Shown: positions 1 through 10,071, numbered from the stretch's first letter. The stretch is 60,438 bases of DNA from Aulosira sp. ZfuVER01 (GCA_034530615.2 JAVRCV020000027.1:1-60438), one strand, 5' to 3'. The notes: generated by a model not told the origin, from the letters alone. Numbers and translations are program-made.

Positions 1-1
1 T

Positions 2-658
2 GATTCTACTGTCCGCTTGTGGGATCGCAACGGCAACCCCATCGGTCAACCTTGGTGTGGGCATGAGTATTGGGTAAATGCCGTAGCCTTTAGCGCTGAT
101 GGTAAATTGATTGCCAGCGGTAGCCTTGATGGAACAGTGCGTTTGTGGCGCTGTGGCTGGCAAGAGTGGTTGCAAGTTTGCTGCAACAGGTTACGTTACC
201 ATCCCGTCTTTCAAAATCCTGAAAGTGGTAGTGATGTAGAAGTTGCCTACCAAACTTGTCAAAAATATGTATGGAATCCAAAATGCCCTAAACAACTGAA
301 CAACCAAGGTGCAGCAAAGCTAAAAGGGAAAGCTTATTCAGCAGCTTTAGAAGACTTCAACCAAGCAATTCAACTTAATTCGGAATATACTGCTGCCTAT
401 TATAATCGGGGGCTTACCTACACCTACTTAAAAATTTATCAGGCAGCAATAGAGGATTTTGACAAAGTAGTTGCCGCAGTTCCAGCCTACGCTGATGCGT
501 ATTACACTAAAGGAATTTGCTACGCCCAGCTAGGTAAAAACCAGGCAGCAGTTGAGAACGTTCATCAAGCTGCTGATTTATACCAGCAACAAGGAAAAGA
601 AAAAATGTATCAGAAAATGCTGCAATATTTATTAATACTCCGGACAATTTTTAGTTGA
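2..658 (+). CDS. C-terminal part of a WD40-repeat + TPR protein (5' end outside window)
   Basis: WD40 repeat GHEYWVNAVAFSADGKLIASGSLDGTVRLW followed by TPR helices (AYYNRGLTY, AYYTKGICY); frame is open from the window start. Confidence 0.85.
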   Translation, partial: DSTVRLWDRNGNPIGQPWCGHEYWVNAVAFSADGKLIASGSLDGTVRLWRCGWQEWLQVCCNRLRYHPVFQNPESGSDVEVAYQTCQKYVWNPKCPKQLNNQGAAKLKGKAYSAALEDFNQAIQLNSEYTAAYYNRGLTYTYLKIYQAAIEDFDKVVAAVPAYADAYYTKGICYAQLGKNQAAVENVHQAADLYQQQGKEKMYQKMLQYLLILRTIFS

Positions 659-793
659 CGGAAACAACCGCGTTGGAGTTTTCACAATATTCCTGTGCGC
701 CAAATCAAAACCCGTTGTTTTAGCTTCAGCGATCGCACTCCTAATCCTACTGCTTTCCCAGTAGGCGTTAAATCATTTTGGCAATCGAAAATA

Positions 794-835
794 TGGAGAA
801 TAGGGAAATCGAATCCCTGACCTCTGCGGTGCGAT
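794..835 (-). mobile_element. 3' half of tRNA-Ala(CGC), putative att site of an integrated island
   Basis: Minus strand ATCGCAC-CGCAG-AGGTC-AGGGA-TTCGATT-TCCCT-ATTCTCC-A gives anticodon loop (CGC), T arm and 3' acceptor strand; the sequence upstream has no D arm or 5' acceptor strand. Confidence 0.8.
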
Positions 836-1099
836 TAAAGAGGCGAAGACTCTCTAAGTCCTTACGGGATTAACTTACAGCTACTGTTAATAACAGACAT
901 ATAATCATTATCTGGCTTTTGCCACTTTACAGGCGATCGCAAAGGACAAGATTTTGGCATGAGCTAAACTTTACTACTTTATGTCCTCAACAATCAAAAT
1001 TAGAAAAAGATTGAGCATTAATGCTTAGAGGAAAACATTTGTGTGAGCAGATCTCAGATCATTTAACTACATCTAGAAATCATAATGTACGCTGATGAA

Positions 1100-1167
1100 G
1101 CGATGTCTTCTCTTTCAGAGACGCTACCGTGTAGCTTGCTTCTCCATAGGGGTACGGCAAAGCTTCA
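1100..1167. repeat. Small dispersed repeat cluster starting at a split HIP1 site
   Basis: GCGAT|GTCTTCTC...GAGACGCTACCGTGTAGC...GGGGTACGGC, similar to the other HIP1-associated inserts in the window. Confidence 0.4.
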
Positions 1168-1183
1168 CTAATGCAGTAGCAAC

Positions 1184-1212
1184 TTGAGTTCACCTTGGGA
1201 AGGTGAACTCAA
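1184..1212 (+). terminator. Perfect 13-bp stem hairpin, possible intrinsic terminator
   Basis: TTGAGTTCACCTT-GGG-AAGGTGAACTCAA followed by a T-rich tract. Confidence 0.5.
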
Positions 1213-1747
1213 TCTTTATTTTTCAAAAGTTTCAGGCTTGCTCACAAGCCGTACACCCATTTTACACCCAACCAAGATTTAGGATTTAGTTTTTGAACAT
1301 TGCGATCGCTGAAATAAACTGACATCAAGCCTGATTGATTTGGGAATATCTACACAAAGTCTAACCTGTGGTAAATGTTAGCTCAACAATGCGGGCTTTC
1401 TTTTACGGTAATGGGCTGCTCCAACAAATTAACTCTTTTTGGTTTGGTGCCTAAAACTGCGTCTACAGAATTTTACAATAAGTCTTGATTTCCCAAAAAA
1501 ATTAAGATTTCACAATAGACGTAGTTTAAAAGCCTGATTCTGTCTTTGATGAGGTGGTTTAATTAGTATATTGCTATCGGATTCTTGATTAGGTAATTCC
1601 CAAATATCTTGTCGCCCCTGTTCTTGGTCTACTAATAATTGAAGATGAGGTGGTAACTGGGAATATTGCCTAAATGACCAGGGTTCTCCATTTGAGAATT
1701 CTTTTTCTATGCCATTTAACATAATGTTCACCCTTGCGAGGAATAAG

Positions 1748-1855
1748 TTATGATTCTGGAAAAATGTACTTTGGTGGAATTAAGACATTTTCTAAAAGCA
1801 GATCTTGGCTACTTGTTGCTCGCATCCCCAAGTGCTCCCAAGTATTGAGGGAATA
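1748..1855 (-). pseudogene. Fragment of acyl-CoA dehydrogenase-like (SfnB/DszC-type) monooxygenase
   Basis: NTWEHLGMRATSSQDLLLENVLIP matches the W..GMRAT.S..L..V.IP motif; rest of gene absent. Confidence 0.6.
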
Positions 1856-2161
1856 CTTTTTACTTACATTTGGTGATATCTTCGTTAAAAGCGTTGTCCC
1901 AAAATAGCTTGTCATCAGACATCGCCTCTTCAGACACAGGAAATAATTTTTGAGGGCGCTGTTGTTGTCCTTCTTGAACATCCTTGTAAACAATCTCTTC
2001 ATCAAGATTGATGGCAGTTGCATAACTTTTCGACCACTTTTTCAGCTGAGATTCAAGCCAGTTTTGCAACCGACAGAGAAAATCTCCAATGTCTAAGATT
2101 GACTACGCCTACACATTGATAGAGTGATTGGGGTCTATCGAATCTCGGCATGGTTTTCCTT

Positions 2162-2809
2162 TTAGTCCTTATATGGCGCGTTGGAATATCCAGAACGAAA
2201 AGACCTGACACTTCCTTGTTCGGGGTGATATTGGTGTCGCAAAATGCTTCCAGTATCATTTCCCATGACATGAATTGAGATGGCAGGAGTAAATACTGTC
2301 GTTGCTTTTACAGAGTGAATGTCTCCATCCGGAGGCAATAGATGGTAAATATTGCCAGTTTTGACTTGATAGACACCGATACTTTGTAACTGGGCACGTC
2401 CTTCTAGTTCACCATTATCTAGACGACGGTAGACAGTTTCTTCTTGTCTACCTTTATATAAGCCCACAAGTCCCCAAGATAAATGATCGTGGATAGGAGT
2501 AATGGAATTGGGCGGGATCACCAAACTAAAGACGGTAAGTGAACGATCCTGAGAACGATACAGTAACCATTGCCCGATACCACCGCCCAAACCGCTATTA
2601 TGATTTGGTTGAGCAAATTCCTGTGGTAACCAATCTTGTTTTTTCAAGAGTGCGGAAAAATGGGGTACAAGCGCATTGAGGGTTTCTTTGCGGTCATGAG
2701 TTGTGCTAGAGCTAATTTCTTGAGCAATAGTCACAAACTCACGTAAGTCAGGGCTATCAATAAACCATTCATCTGCTTCTAAGGATTTGAGAACAGTTGT
2801 GTGAGTCAT
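2162..2809 (-). CDS. Thiol dioxygenase (cysteine dioxygenase / 3-mercaptopropionate dioxygenase family cupin)
   Basis: TPIHDHLSWGLVG, GDIHSV and ISIHVMG motifs supply the 3-His cupin site. Confidence 0.8.
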   Translation of the reverse strand: MTHTTVLKSLEADEWFIDSPDLREFVTIAQEISSSTTHDRKETLNALVPHFSALLKKQDWLPQEFAQPNHNSGLGGGIGQWLLYRSQDRSLTVFSLVIPPNSITPIHDHLSWGLVGLYKGRQEETVYRRLDNGELEGRAQLQSIGVYQVKTGNIYHLLPPDGDIHSVKATTVFTPAISIHVMGNDTGSILRHQYHPEQGSVRSFRSGYSNAPYKD

Positions 2810-2854
2810 AGAATTTTGGATGTGAGATTTTGGATGAAGACTGACGTATTCTCC

Positions 2855-3079
2855 CCTTTTAAAGCGTAAATCCTTTCCTGGTGGTGCAGCGGCTTTGACT
2901 TCAGCAATACGTTGAGCGATCGCAGCTAAGGGTTCTCCCCAAAAAGCATATACATTGCTGTGTTTTGCACCTACACCAACAGCAGCCCCAGAAGCGCCAC
3001 CAAAATATATAGGAAGATGGGGTTTCTGTAATGGTTTAACCTCGGAAAATGCTTGTTTGAGTTGGTAAAATTCACCTGC
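2855..3079 (-). pseudogene. Internal fragment of LLM-class flavin monooxygenase (SsuD/MsuD-like)
   Basis: Manual translation GEFYQLKQAFSEVKPLQKPHLPIYFGGASGAAVGVGAKHSNVYAFWGEPLAAIAQRI. Confidence 0.75.
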
Positions 3080-3321
3080 ACCTCCTTGATTTACGGCTAC
3101 TTTTTTACCTATTAAATCAGCAGGTTTACGAATGTTTCTGTAGTTTGATTGCTACTAACAATTTTTGAGGCAGAATCTGAGTTACCTGCAACATTAACTG
3201 ATGCTTTTTGGCTACAACCAGAAACTATCAAACTCAGACATGAAACAGTAACCAAAAAGATTTTATTGGCAGAATACACTTGCTGATCGCGGAAGCTGTG
3301 CTGTTTTAAATAAGTCACCAC
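3080..3321 (-). pseudogene. N-terminal remnant of ABC substrate-binding lipoprotein
   Basis: Lipobox LIVSGC; after stops, GKKVAVNQGG typical of SsuA-type proteins. Confidence 0.65.
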
Positions 3322-3394
3322 AATTTATTCCTTCATCTCAATGGTTCAGGGTTGAAGCAGCAGCCATATCGATGTAATACGAGAGTATACAAAC

Positions 3395-3420
3395 TACTGT
3401 AGCTTGATTGATATACCGTA
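3395..3420. promoter_or_regulatory. 26-bp palindromic operator (TAC-N20-GTA)
   Basis: Reverse complement TACGGTATATCAATCAAGCTACAGTA, upstream of the SBP/LLM/thiol dioxygenase unit. Confidence 0.75.
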
Positions 3421-3540
3421 GTTTAGCAAAATCAGCATACCATTTTTTGATAGGCTGCAAAAATTAAGTCAATATTTCTTGATTTCCAAACGAGTTAATT
3501 AAGGCTCAAGAGTATAGTATGTATGCTACGGCTCGAATGA

Positions 3541-4135
3541 CTAGAGTGATTGACTGGCTTCATTAAGCAATGCGATGAAATGATTCACATCCTGAAAGTC
3601 TGCTAAAACAAATTTAGCACCCTCGGAAATTAGAAGCTTTGGGTCGCTTTGGTATGCTACACCAATGAAGGAGTAGCCCAATTTGTAGGAAGTTCTGATA
3701 TCTCAGATTCCATCTCCTAAATAAATTGCCTTTGAGAACTTCTGCTGATAGTGAGTTTCAGCACGGTTAAATAAATGCGATTTGACAGATTTCTTCACGG
3801 GTATAGGCATCATCTGCAAAGGCAGAGGGGATATCTTTATAAGGCAAGCCAGCAGACTTGAGCTTCAATAATGCTGAGTCTGTCCAAGCGCCACCTGCAT
3901 AAGCAACAGCAAAATTGGATTGTGTTCTCAACTGCTTAAGGGCTTCGACTGAACCTGGAATCGGTTTGATTCCACCTATCTCTGTTACAGCAGTTGTAAG
4001 GCGAATCATCAAGTGATTATGAAACCTCTTAACTTCTTGCTCACTGGGAGGATGTCTAAAATTAGACTCATAAATTTCATGTAAAATCCATGAGTCAGTC
4101 ACATGCGTGAAACTAGAGCAATCAGGATTGATAAG
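3541..4135 (-). pseudogene. HAD-superfamily hydrolase, truncated, frameshifted, with internal stop
   Basis: KPIPGSVEALKQL, then after a frameshift IYLGDGI*DIRTSYKLGYSFIGV (motif IV with stop); motif I missing. Confidence 0.65.
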
Positions 4136-4137
4136 AT

Positions 4138-4338
4138 ATTGGTGAAGCCACCGCCCTAGCACTAGCAGCAGAAGGCGCAACAGTAGTGCTGGCTGCTCGC
4201 AGAGGCGATCGCTTAAATGCCCTAGCAGAAAAAATTGCTATCAGTGGAGGCAAAGCATTACGCATTGTTACAGATGTGACAGACGAGACTCAAGTACAGA
4301 ATTTAGTCCCGTAAACCAAGACAGAATTCGGTCAAATA
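4138..4338 (+). pseudogene. Short-chain dehydrogenase fragment
   Basis: IGEATALALAAEGATVVLAARRGDRLNALAEKI...TDVTDETQV with a stop. Confidence 0.75.
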
Positions 4339-4488
4339 ACAAATGGTTCGTGAAATTATCTCATTAATAATCGTATTAATTTCATTTTTTTTGATTTGGT
4401 GGATTACTGACCAAGAGTAGAAACTGTGCCTATTTATTTCTGTGGAGGGGTAACTAGTTTAAAACTCTGTCAATTTAGATAATTAAAT

Positions 4489-4514
4489 TACGGTAATCTC
4501 ATAAGTTTACTGTA
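4489..4514. promoter_or_regulatory. 26-bp palindromic operator (orphaned; target gene apparently deleted)
   Basis: TACGGTAATCTCATAAGTTTACTGTA. Confidence 0.7.
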
Positions 4515-4562
4515 GCTAAGTCGAGATAGCCTTACTATAAATTTTGTACGATCGCATAGCCT

Positions 4563-4979
4563 TTATTTGGCGCTCCGATACTTTTGCAAGCGCTGATTCA
4601 AAGTACCTGTGTGTAATTCAAACAAATAATTATCGTAGTCATAGAAATATAGAGAACGTCATTAGCCTTCGACACGGTTTCTATCTTCTTTGGCATCAAC
4701 TCCCAAACTCTTAACTCTCGCAGCATAGAGTTCGTAGTCCTCTGCGGCTATTTTAAAGGCTACATGGTTATAGGTCTTTTCTGGTGAAGGTTCGCCTTCC
4801 ATAATTGCAATCCATAAGTCATTAATTAGAAGAAATTTTTCTTTAGAGATAGAGAAAATTTGCTCTCCACTCGCATATACTTCTTGAGCATCAAATATGG
4901 TTGTGAGAAATGATGTCATTTTCTCCAAATCTCTGATGATAAATGTAATATGACTGATACCTTGAATCATTTTCCTCAT
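4563..4979 (-). pseudogene. fosX: FosX-family fosfomycin resistance hydrolase with two tandem stops
   Basis: MIQGISHITFIIRDLE...YNHVAFKI...RVEG**RSLYFYDYDNYLFELHTGTLNQRL; TAA TGA at 4659-4664. Confidence 0.85.
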
Positions 4980-5159
4980 ATCCCTAGAGATTTAACTGAT
5001 TTTTGTGTCAACAAAAATTGAAAATCAGCTAAGTCAAATTAAACCTGCCATAGCAGTTAATAACAGCTGAGTTTCAAACACCGATATTTCTATCGTTTTT
5101 CTTGACAATAGCTACCCTAAAACCTTCTAAGTATTTATTTAAGTCCGAATGTTAATTTA

Positions 5160-5339
5160 GGTGCGGGTGCTGGTAGGGTAGACAAAGATACTTCCCTACA
5201 CATTGAAGGATTTTACCAATATAAACTCAACGACAATATTGCAATTACACCAGGGGTAATATGGATCACTGCACCAGACTTTGATGCAAGCAATCCTGAT
5301 ACTGTAATTGGTTGGCTTTGTACCACCTTCAGGTTTTAA
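5160..5339 (+). pseudogene. C-terminal fragment of a cyanobacterial SLH/OprB-type porin
   Basis: DTSLHIEGFYQYKLNDNIAITPGVIWITAP...TTFRF* with the terminal Phe of beta-barrel porins. Confidence 0.75.
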
Positions 5340-5398
5340 CTATAAAAAACTAGCTATTTAGTTTCTAGCCATTCTGCTGGTTAGAAACTAAAGAGAAA

Positions 5399-5755
5399 TC
5401 TTATCCAGGGGGTGCTTCCGTGTCGGCGGGTGCTAGCGTCACGATTTTGAAGGCGCTATTTGATGAGGATTATGTCATTCCCAATCCAGTGATACCCGAT
5501 CCGAAAGACCCTACTAAGTTGATTCCCTATGAAGGCCCGCCATTGACAGTAGGTGGGTAATTGAACAAACTGGCGGCGAATATTGGCTTGGGTCGCAATA
5601 GTGCAGGAATTCACTGGCGCAAAGATGCAGCAGCTTTGTTAGCACTTGGGGAAGCGATCGCAATTGGTATTCTCAGAGATGAAAAGCTAACGTTCCGCGA
5701 ACAATTTGAAGGTTTCAGCTTCACCAAATTTGATGGCACAAAAGTCAGGATTTAA
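5399..5755 (+). pseudogene. C-terminal fragment of vanadium-dependent haloperoxidase
   Basis: SYPGGA...LTVGG*LNKLAANIGLGRNSAGIHWRKD...LGEAIAI...FTKFDG; TAA at 5558 replaces the expected Glu. Confidence 0.75.
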
Positions 5756-5991
5756 TTGCCATTAGGTTAAGAGGGAACATTTGGAAGAATCTCTATCAAT
5801 ATTTGGGGCTAAATTTCTCTTCTGCTCATCCTCTTTTTTTAGCAAAAATCTTGCTCTCAAGACAGAGTGAATAACGCGATCGCTTTTTCTATGAGAGCGA
5901 AATAGTGTAGTTATCAACACATTTTTTGACTTTTTTTATAAAAATATACTTGCCTTTTTTACCTGCCTATGTGAGACTACTAGAAATAAAC

Positions 5992-6017
5992 TACTAAATA
6001 TCTACCAACTTATAGTA
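5992..6017. promoter_or_regulatory. 26-bp palindromic operator
   Basis: TACTAAATATCTACCAACTTATAGTA, 13 bp after a TTGCCT-17-GAGACT promoter-like element. Confidence 0.55.
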
Positions 6018-6627
6018 TTTTGTAGTTAATGCCTACTCTTATCCTATGAGTTAGACAATACACTGCTTAATCGTTGATTACCCGCCCACTTGTATAGTCA
6101 TTTTGCCTCCGCTAGTGAAGCGTTGCGTAAATCCCTAGTCCTCAGGCGACTAACGTAGCGCTTCCCTTCCCTCAAATAGTTTTAAAAAAAGTTAGTCTTT
6201 ACTACTTAGCAAACTTCAACATACATGGCATAAGGGAAGAGAATTTGTTCCTCTGAAAAAGAGCGACATTTTTCTTCATCCCATTTCCTAACTCCCTTGC
6301 CATCCTAAACTTTACACAGCCATGAATCAAAAATTAACAATATTTTTCAAGCACAATTTTATCTTAGGTTTAGCCCACCTTAATTTTTTAATTCTAAATT
6401 GAGCGTTCGCTATATATATCTATATTTATTTTCTTCAAAACAATATTCTATTACATCAATATCTAATTTTTTATAGTGCTTTTAGCTGAGGCTTAACAAC
6501 ATCGTATGAAATCTAAAATCAGAATCACAAAAATATTTTTAAATACTCTAAATTGTTAGCTTATGGTATTTAAAACTGTCCAATTTGGTTTTTGCCAATC
6601 GTTTCAAAAGCAGAGGTTAAACAATTA

Positions 6628-7752
6628 ATGCAAAATCTGAAAGATAAATTCCAATCTTGGAAACGCGGACGTATTACTCGTCGTTCAGCGCTATTTGGGC
6701 TTGGTTATAGCTTAGTGTTATCGACAACACTATTGAGTTGCAGTACGCCTGATAAAAATACTCAAAAACAAGCAGATTCATCTTCATCTAATACAACTAA
6801 TACAACCAACACAGCTAGTACATCTACAGCTAGTAGCGGTCAAAAACTAATTAGAATTGTACGTTCTAAACAACTGACTGCCTTAGCGGTTCTAGAAAAA
6901 CAAGGCAATTTAGAAAAAAGATTAGCAGACCTTGGTTATAAGCTTGAATGGCCTGAGTTCGCTGCGGGGCCACAACAATTAGAAGCATTAAACGCCAACG
7001 GTCTGGATATTGCTTCCACAGCAGAATCACCCCCTGTTTTTGCTCAATCAGCCGGAACACCTTTAGTATATTTAGCTGCTAATTCTACTGATGGTAAAGC
7101 AGTTTCGCTCTTAGTTCCTAACAACTCGACTGTTAAAAGTATCAAGGACTTGAAAGGTAAAAAAGTTGCTTTCCAAAAAGCATCTATTGGTCATTACTTA
7201 TTAGTCAGAGCTTTAGAAAAAGATGGATTAAAGCTGAGTGATGTACAGTCAGTTTTTCTCCCGCCTCCAGATGCGAATGCAGCATTTAACCAAGGCAAAG
7301 TTGATGCTTGGTTTATCTGGGAGCCATTTGTCACCAGAAATATACAGAATAAAGTTGGTCGTGTTTTGTTAGATGGTGGTGATGGGTTGCGGGATACTAA
7401 CAACTTTTACTCTACAACCCGCAAATTTTATCAAGAAAATCCAGAAGTAATTAAAGTCTTTTTGGAGGAACTACAAAAAGCACAAATTTGGTCTAAACAA
7501 CATCCAAAAGAAATTGCAGAATTACTTGCACCTGTAACACAACTGGATGTACCAACATTAGAAGCTATGCACGGTAAATATGATTTCTCTTTAGAACCAA
7601 TTACCGAGAAAATTATCACCAAGCAACAACAAGTAGCAGATAAATGGTACAGCTTGGGACTGATACCTAAAAAGGTGAATGTCAGAGAAGGGTTTTTGAA
7701 ACCTGAAGATTATACCAAAATTACACCCCAGGATGTTTTAGCTAAACAGTAA
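6628..7752 (+). CDS. ssuA: Aliphatic sulfonate-type ABC substrate-binding lipoprotein
   Basis: EFAAGPQQLEALNANGLD, TAESPPVFAQSAG, DLKGKKVAFQKASIGHY, DAWFIWEPF; lipobox LLSC; ATG at 6628 preferred over TTG at 6592. Confidence 0.85.
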   Translation: MQNLKDKFQSWKRGRITRRSALFGLGYSLVLSTTLLSCSTPDKNTQKQADSSSSNTTNTTNTASTSTASSGQKLIRIVRSKQLTALAVLEKQGNLEKRLADLGYKLEWPEFAAGPQQLEALNANGLDIASTAESPPVFAQSAGTPLVYLAANSTDGKAVSLLVPNNSTVKSIKDLKGKKVAFQKASIGHYLLVRALEKDGLKLSDVQSVFLPPPDANAAFNQGKVDAWFIWEPFVTRNIQNKVGRVLLDGGDGLRDTNNFYSTTRKFYQENPEVIKVFLEELQKAQIWSKQHPKEIAELLAPVTQLDVPTLEAMHGKYDFSLEPITEKIITKQQQVADKWYSLGLIPKKVNVREGFLKPEDYTKITPQDVLAKQ

Positions 7753-7760
7753 CCAGAAGT

Positions 7761-8624
7761 ATGCCCACATTAACATTAACAGAAGTTAAAATTACTCCCT
7801 TAAATGCTCCTCTAGGTGCAGTTGTTACGAGACTCGATGCTAGCCAAGCTGTTGCGCCTGAAGTGATTTTGCAACTTAAACAAGCATTGAAAGATTACCA
7901 TATTCTCATCTTCAAAAATCAACGACTGACTGATGAGCAATTTTTGAATTTTACATTCTACTTTGGCTCGCTATTTGTACCACCGCAAGATATCCCAGTG
8001 TTAGCTTCAGAAACAGGAGTGACACCGGTCATTGTTCCTGTTTCTAATGTTGATGGTGGTTATACGGGTACTGGTGAATTAACTTTCCATTCCGATCACC
8101 ATTGGACTCCCTATCCTTCTAGTAGCTCCTTACTCTATGCTCTAGAAGTGCCTTCTCAAGGTGGAGATACTTCTTGGTTAAATCTGAATTTGGCTTATGA
8201 GGCGCTAGATGAGTTCACCAAGAAACAGATAGCGGACTTGCAGTTGATAACTTACAATCCGTTTGTAAGAGACCGCAACGCACCTCGTTCTAACTACCGT
8301 CTTGATCAAAGTATTCCTCTCATTAGTCCTGTTTTTCCTCATCCTTTGGTACGCACCCATCCAGAAAGCGGTAAAAAGATTTTATATCTCGGACAAGAAA
8401 CAGAAGTAGAAGTTGTTGGTTTAGATCCGCAAGAGGGTGCAGAATTAATTACACAATTGCGCCAGCATCTCAACCAACCACAGTTTTACTACCGACATAA
8501 ATGGTCTGTGGGTGACATTGTTTACTGGGATAATCAAGCGACTTTGCACCACCGACAAGCTTTTGATTCCAATGAACGACGGGTGATGAAGCGCGTAAGT
8601 TTAGCTGGAAGTCGTCCGTTTTAA
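7761..8624 (+). CDS. TauD/TfdA-family Fe(II)/2-oxoglutarate dioxygenase
   Basis: HSD, GGDT, HPLVRTHPESG, WDNQATLHHR. Confidence 0.9.
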   Translation: MPTLTLTEVKITPLNAPLGAVVTRLDASQAVAPEVILQLKQALKDYHILIFKNQRLTDEQFLNFTFYFGSLFVPPQDIPVLASETGVTPVIVPVSNVDGGYTGTGELTFHSDHHWTPYPSSSSLLYALEVPSQGGDTSWLNLNLAYEALDEFTKKQIADLQLITYNPFVRDRNAPRSNYRLDQSIPLISPVFPHPLVRTHPESGKKILYLGQETEVEVVGLDPQEGAELITQLRQHLNQPQFYYRHKWSVGDIVYWDNQATLHHRQAFDSNERRVMKRVSLAGSRPF

Positions 8625-8826
8625 TAGTTAATTTTCTCGACTTCTTGAACGTCAATAAGCTAAGAGTCTTGATGTTTCTGCTCCAAGTAGCAGTTTGGGA
8701 AGATCCACCAAGCTGCTACTTTTCTTCATAATTTCTAGCTATTGTGTCACTAGGAACGGAAATATAGGAGGACAGAGCAACTAATTTTTGGTTCGGAGTT
8801 CTTAATGCCTGATGAGGAGTACAATA

Positions 8827-8852
8827 TACGTTAAGTTTATCGATTTTAAGTA
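8827..8852. promoter_or_regulatory. 26-bp palindromic operator
   Basis: TACGTTAAGTTTATCGATTTTAAGTA, 28 bp before the GTG at 8881. Confidence 0.7.
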
Positions 8853-8880
8853 TTTTTGTAAGATATCGAGAGGAATAGAC

Positions 8881-10071
8881 GTGACTCCGGTAGGAAAGCA
8901 AAGAATTTCAGATAAGGCGAACCAATTCACAGAGTCAGTCATTCGTGAAATGACGAGAGTTGCATTACAGTATGGTGCAGTGAATTTGGCACAGGGGTTT
9001 CCTGATTTTCCTTGTCCACCTGAGTTAAAACGGGCAGCTTGCGAGGCAATTACAGAAGACATTAATCAATATGCTATCACTTGGGGCGATCAAGCTTTTC
9101 GTCACGCGATCGCAGATAAAGTTAAATGGTATTTAGGTTTAGATATCGATCCAGAACGACAACTTACTGTCACCTGTGGTTCAACAGAAGCAATGGCTGC
9201 GGTAATGCTAGCTACTCTCAATCCTGGTGATGAAGTCATCGTATTTGAACCGTATTACGAAAACTACGGCCCCGATGCGATTTTAGCTAGTGCAACGCCT
9301 CGTTATGTATCTTTGCATCCCCCTGAGTGGACATTTGACGAAGCAGAACTACGTCAGGCATTTAACGAACATACAAAAGCGATTATTATTAATACTCCCC
9401 ATAATCCAACTGGTAAAGTATTTACTCATGAAGAATTAAATTTAATTGCCGAACTTTGTCAAAAGTGGGATGTGTTGGTATTCACTGATGAAATTTACGA
9501 ACACATCCTTTATGACGGCACAAAACATATTGCAATGGCAACTCTACCAGGAATGGCAGAACGAACAGTTACTATAAATGGTCTTTCTAAGACCTATAGT
9601 GTAACTGGTTGGCGAGTCGGCTATATTTTATCAAATCCAGAATTAACGGGAGCAATTCGCAAAGTTCATGATTTTCTCACTGTTGGCGCGCCCGCACCTT
9701 TGCAAAGGGCTGGTGTGGCGGCGATGCAACTTCCTGTAAGCTACTACGAAGAATTAGCAAAGCTTTATCAGCAAAAGCGAAATCATATCATACAAATTTT
9801 AGATACAGTGGGAATTCCTTATTTTGTGCCCAAAGGGGCTTACTATATATTTGCAGACATTTCTAAATTTGGTTATCAAAGTGATCTGGAATTCGCTACA
9901 TATTTAATTAAAGAAGTGGGTGTTGCGGTGGTTCCTGCATCTAGCTTTTTCTCGAAATCCGAGACTGGGAAAAATTACATCAGATTTTGTTTTAGTAAGA
10001 AGCCAGAAACTTTAGCGCAAGCAGGAGAGCGTTTACTAAAATTACAATCAATTCTAGAAGTGGTGAATTGA
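8881..10071 (+). CDS. PLP-dependent class I/II aminotransferase (MtnE/YbdL-like)
   Basis: NLAQGFPDF, NTPHNPTG, DEIYE, SKTYSVTGWRVG; start moved to the GTG after a GAGGA RBS. Confidence 0.85.
   Translation: MTPVGKQRISDKANQFTESVIREMTRVALQYGAVNLAQGFPDFPCPPELKRAACEAITEDINQYAITWGDQAFRHAIADKVKWYLGLDIDPERQLTVTCGSTEAMAAVMLATLNPGDEVIVFEPYYENYGPDAILASATPRYVSLHPPEWTFDEAELRQAFNEHTKAIIINTPHNPTGKVFTHEELNLIAELCQKWDVLVFTDEIYEHILYDGTKHIAMATLPGMAERTVTINGLSKTYSVTGWRVGYILSNPELTGAIRKVHDFLTVGAPAPLQRAGVAAMQLPVSYYEELAKLYQQKRNHIIQILDTVGIPYFVPKGAYYIFADISKFGYQSDLEFATYLIKEVGVAVVPASSFFSKSETGKNYIRFCFSKKPETLAQAGERLLKLQSILEVVN

Noticed and set aside
770..900. Intact or intron-containing tRNA-Ala gene
   Set aside because: No D arm or 5' acceptor strand found nearby and no group I intron core recognised; treated as an att fragment.
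1510..2069. ORFs 1510-1731 and 1860-2069 as genes
   Set aside because: They look like coding remnants but no family is recognisable and they lie among fragments.
4659..4664. Selenocysteine or readthrough recoding in fosX
   Set aside because: TAA precedes the TGA and the positions correspond to Glu-Gly, not Cys.
8812..8880. N-terminal extension of the aminotransferase in the ORF track
   Set aside because: It overlaps the operator; an RBS and GTG at 8881 fit the family length.
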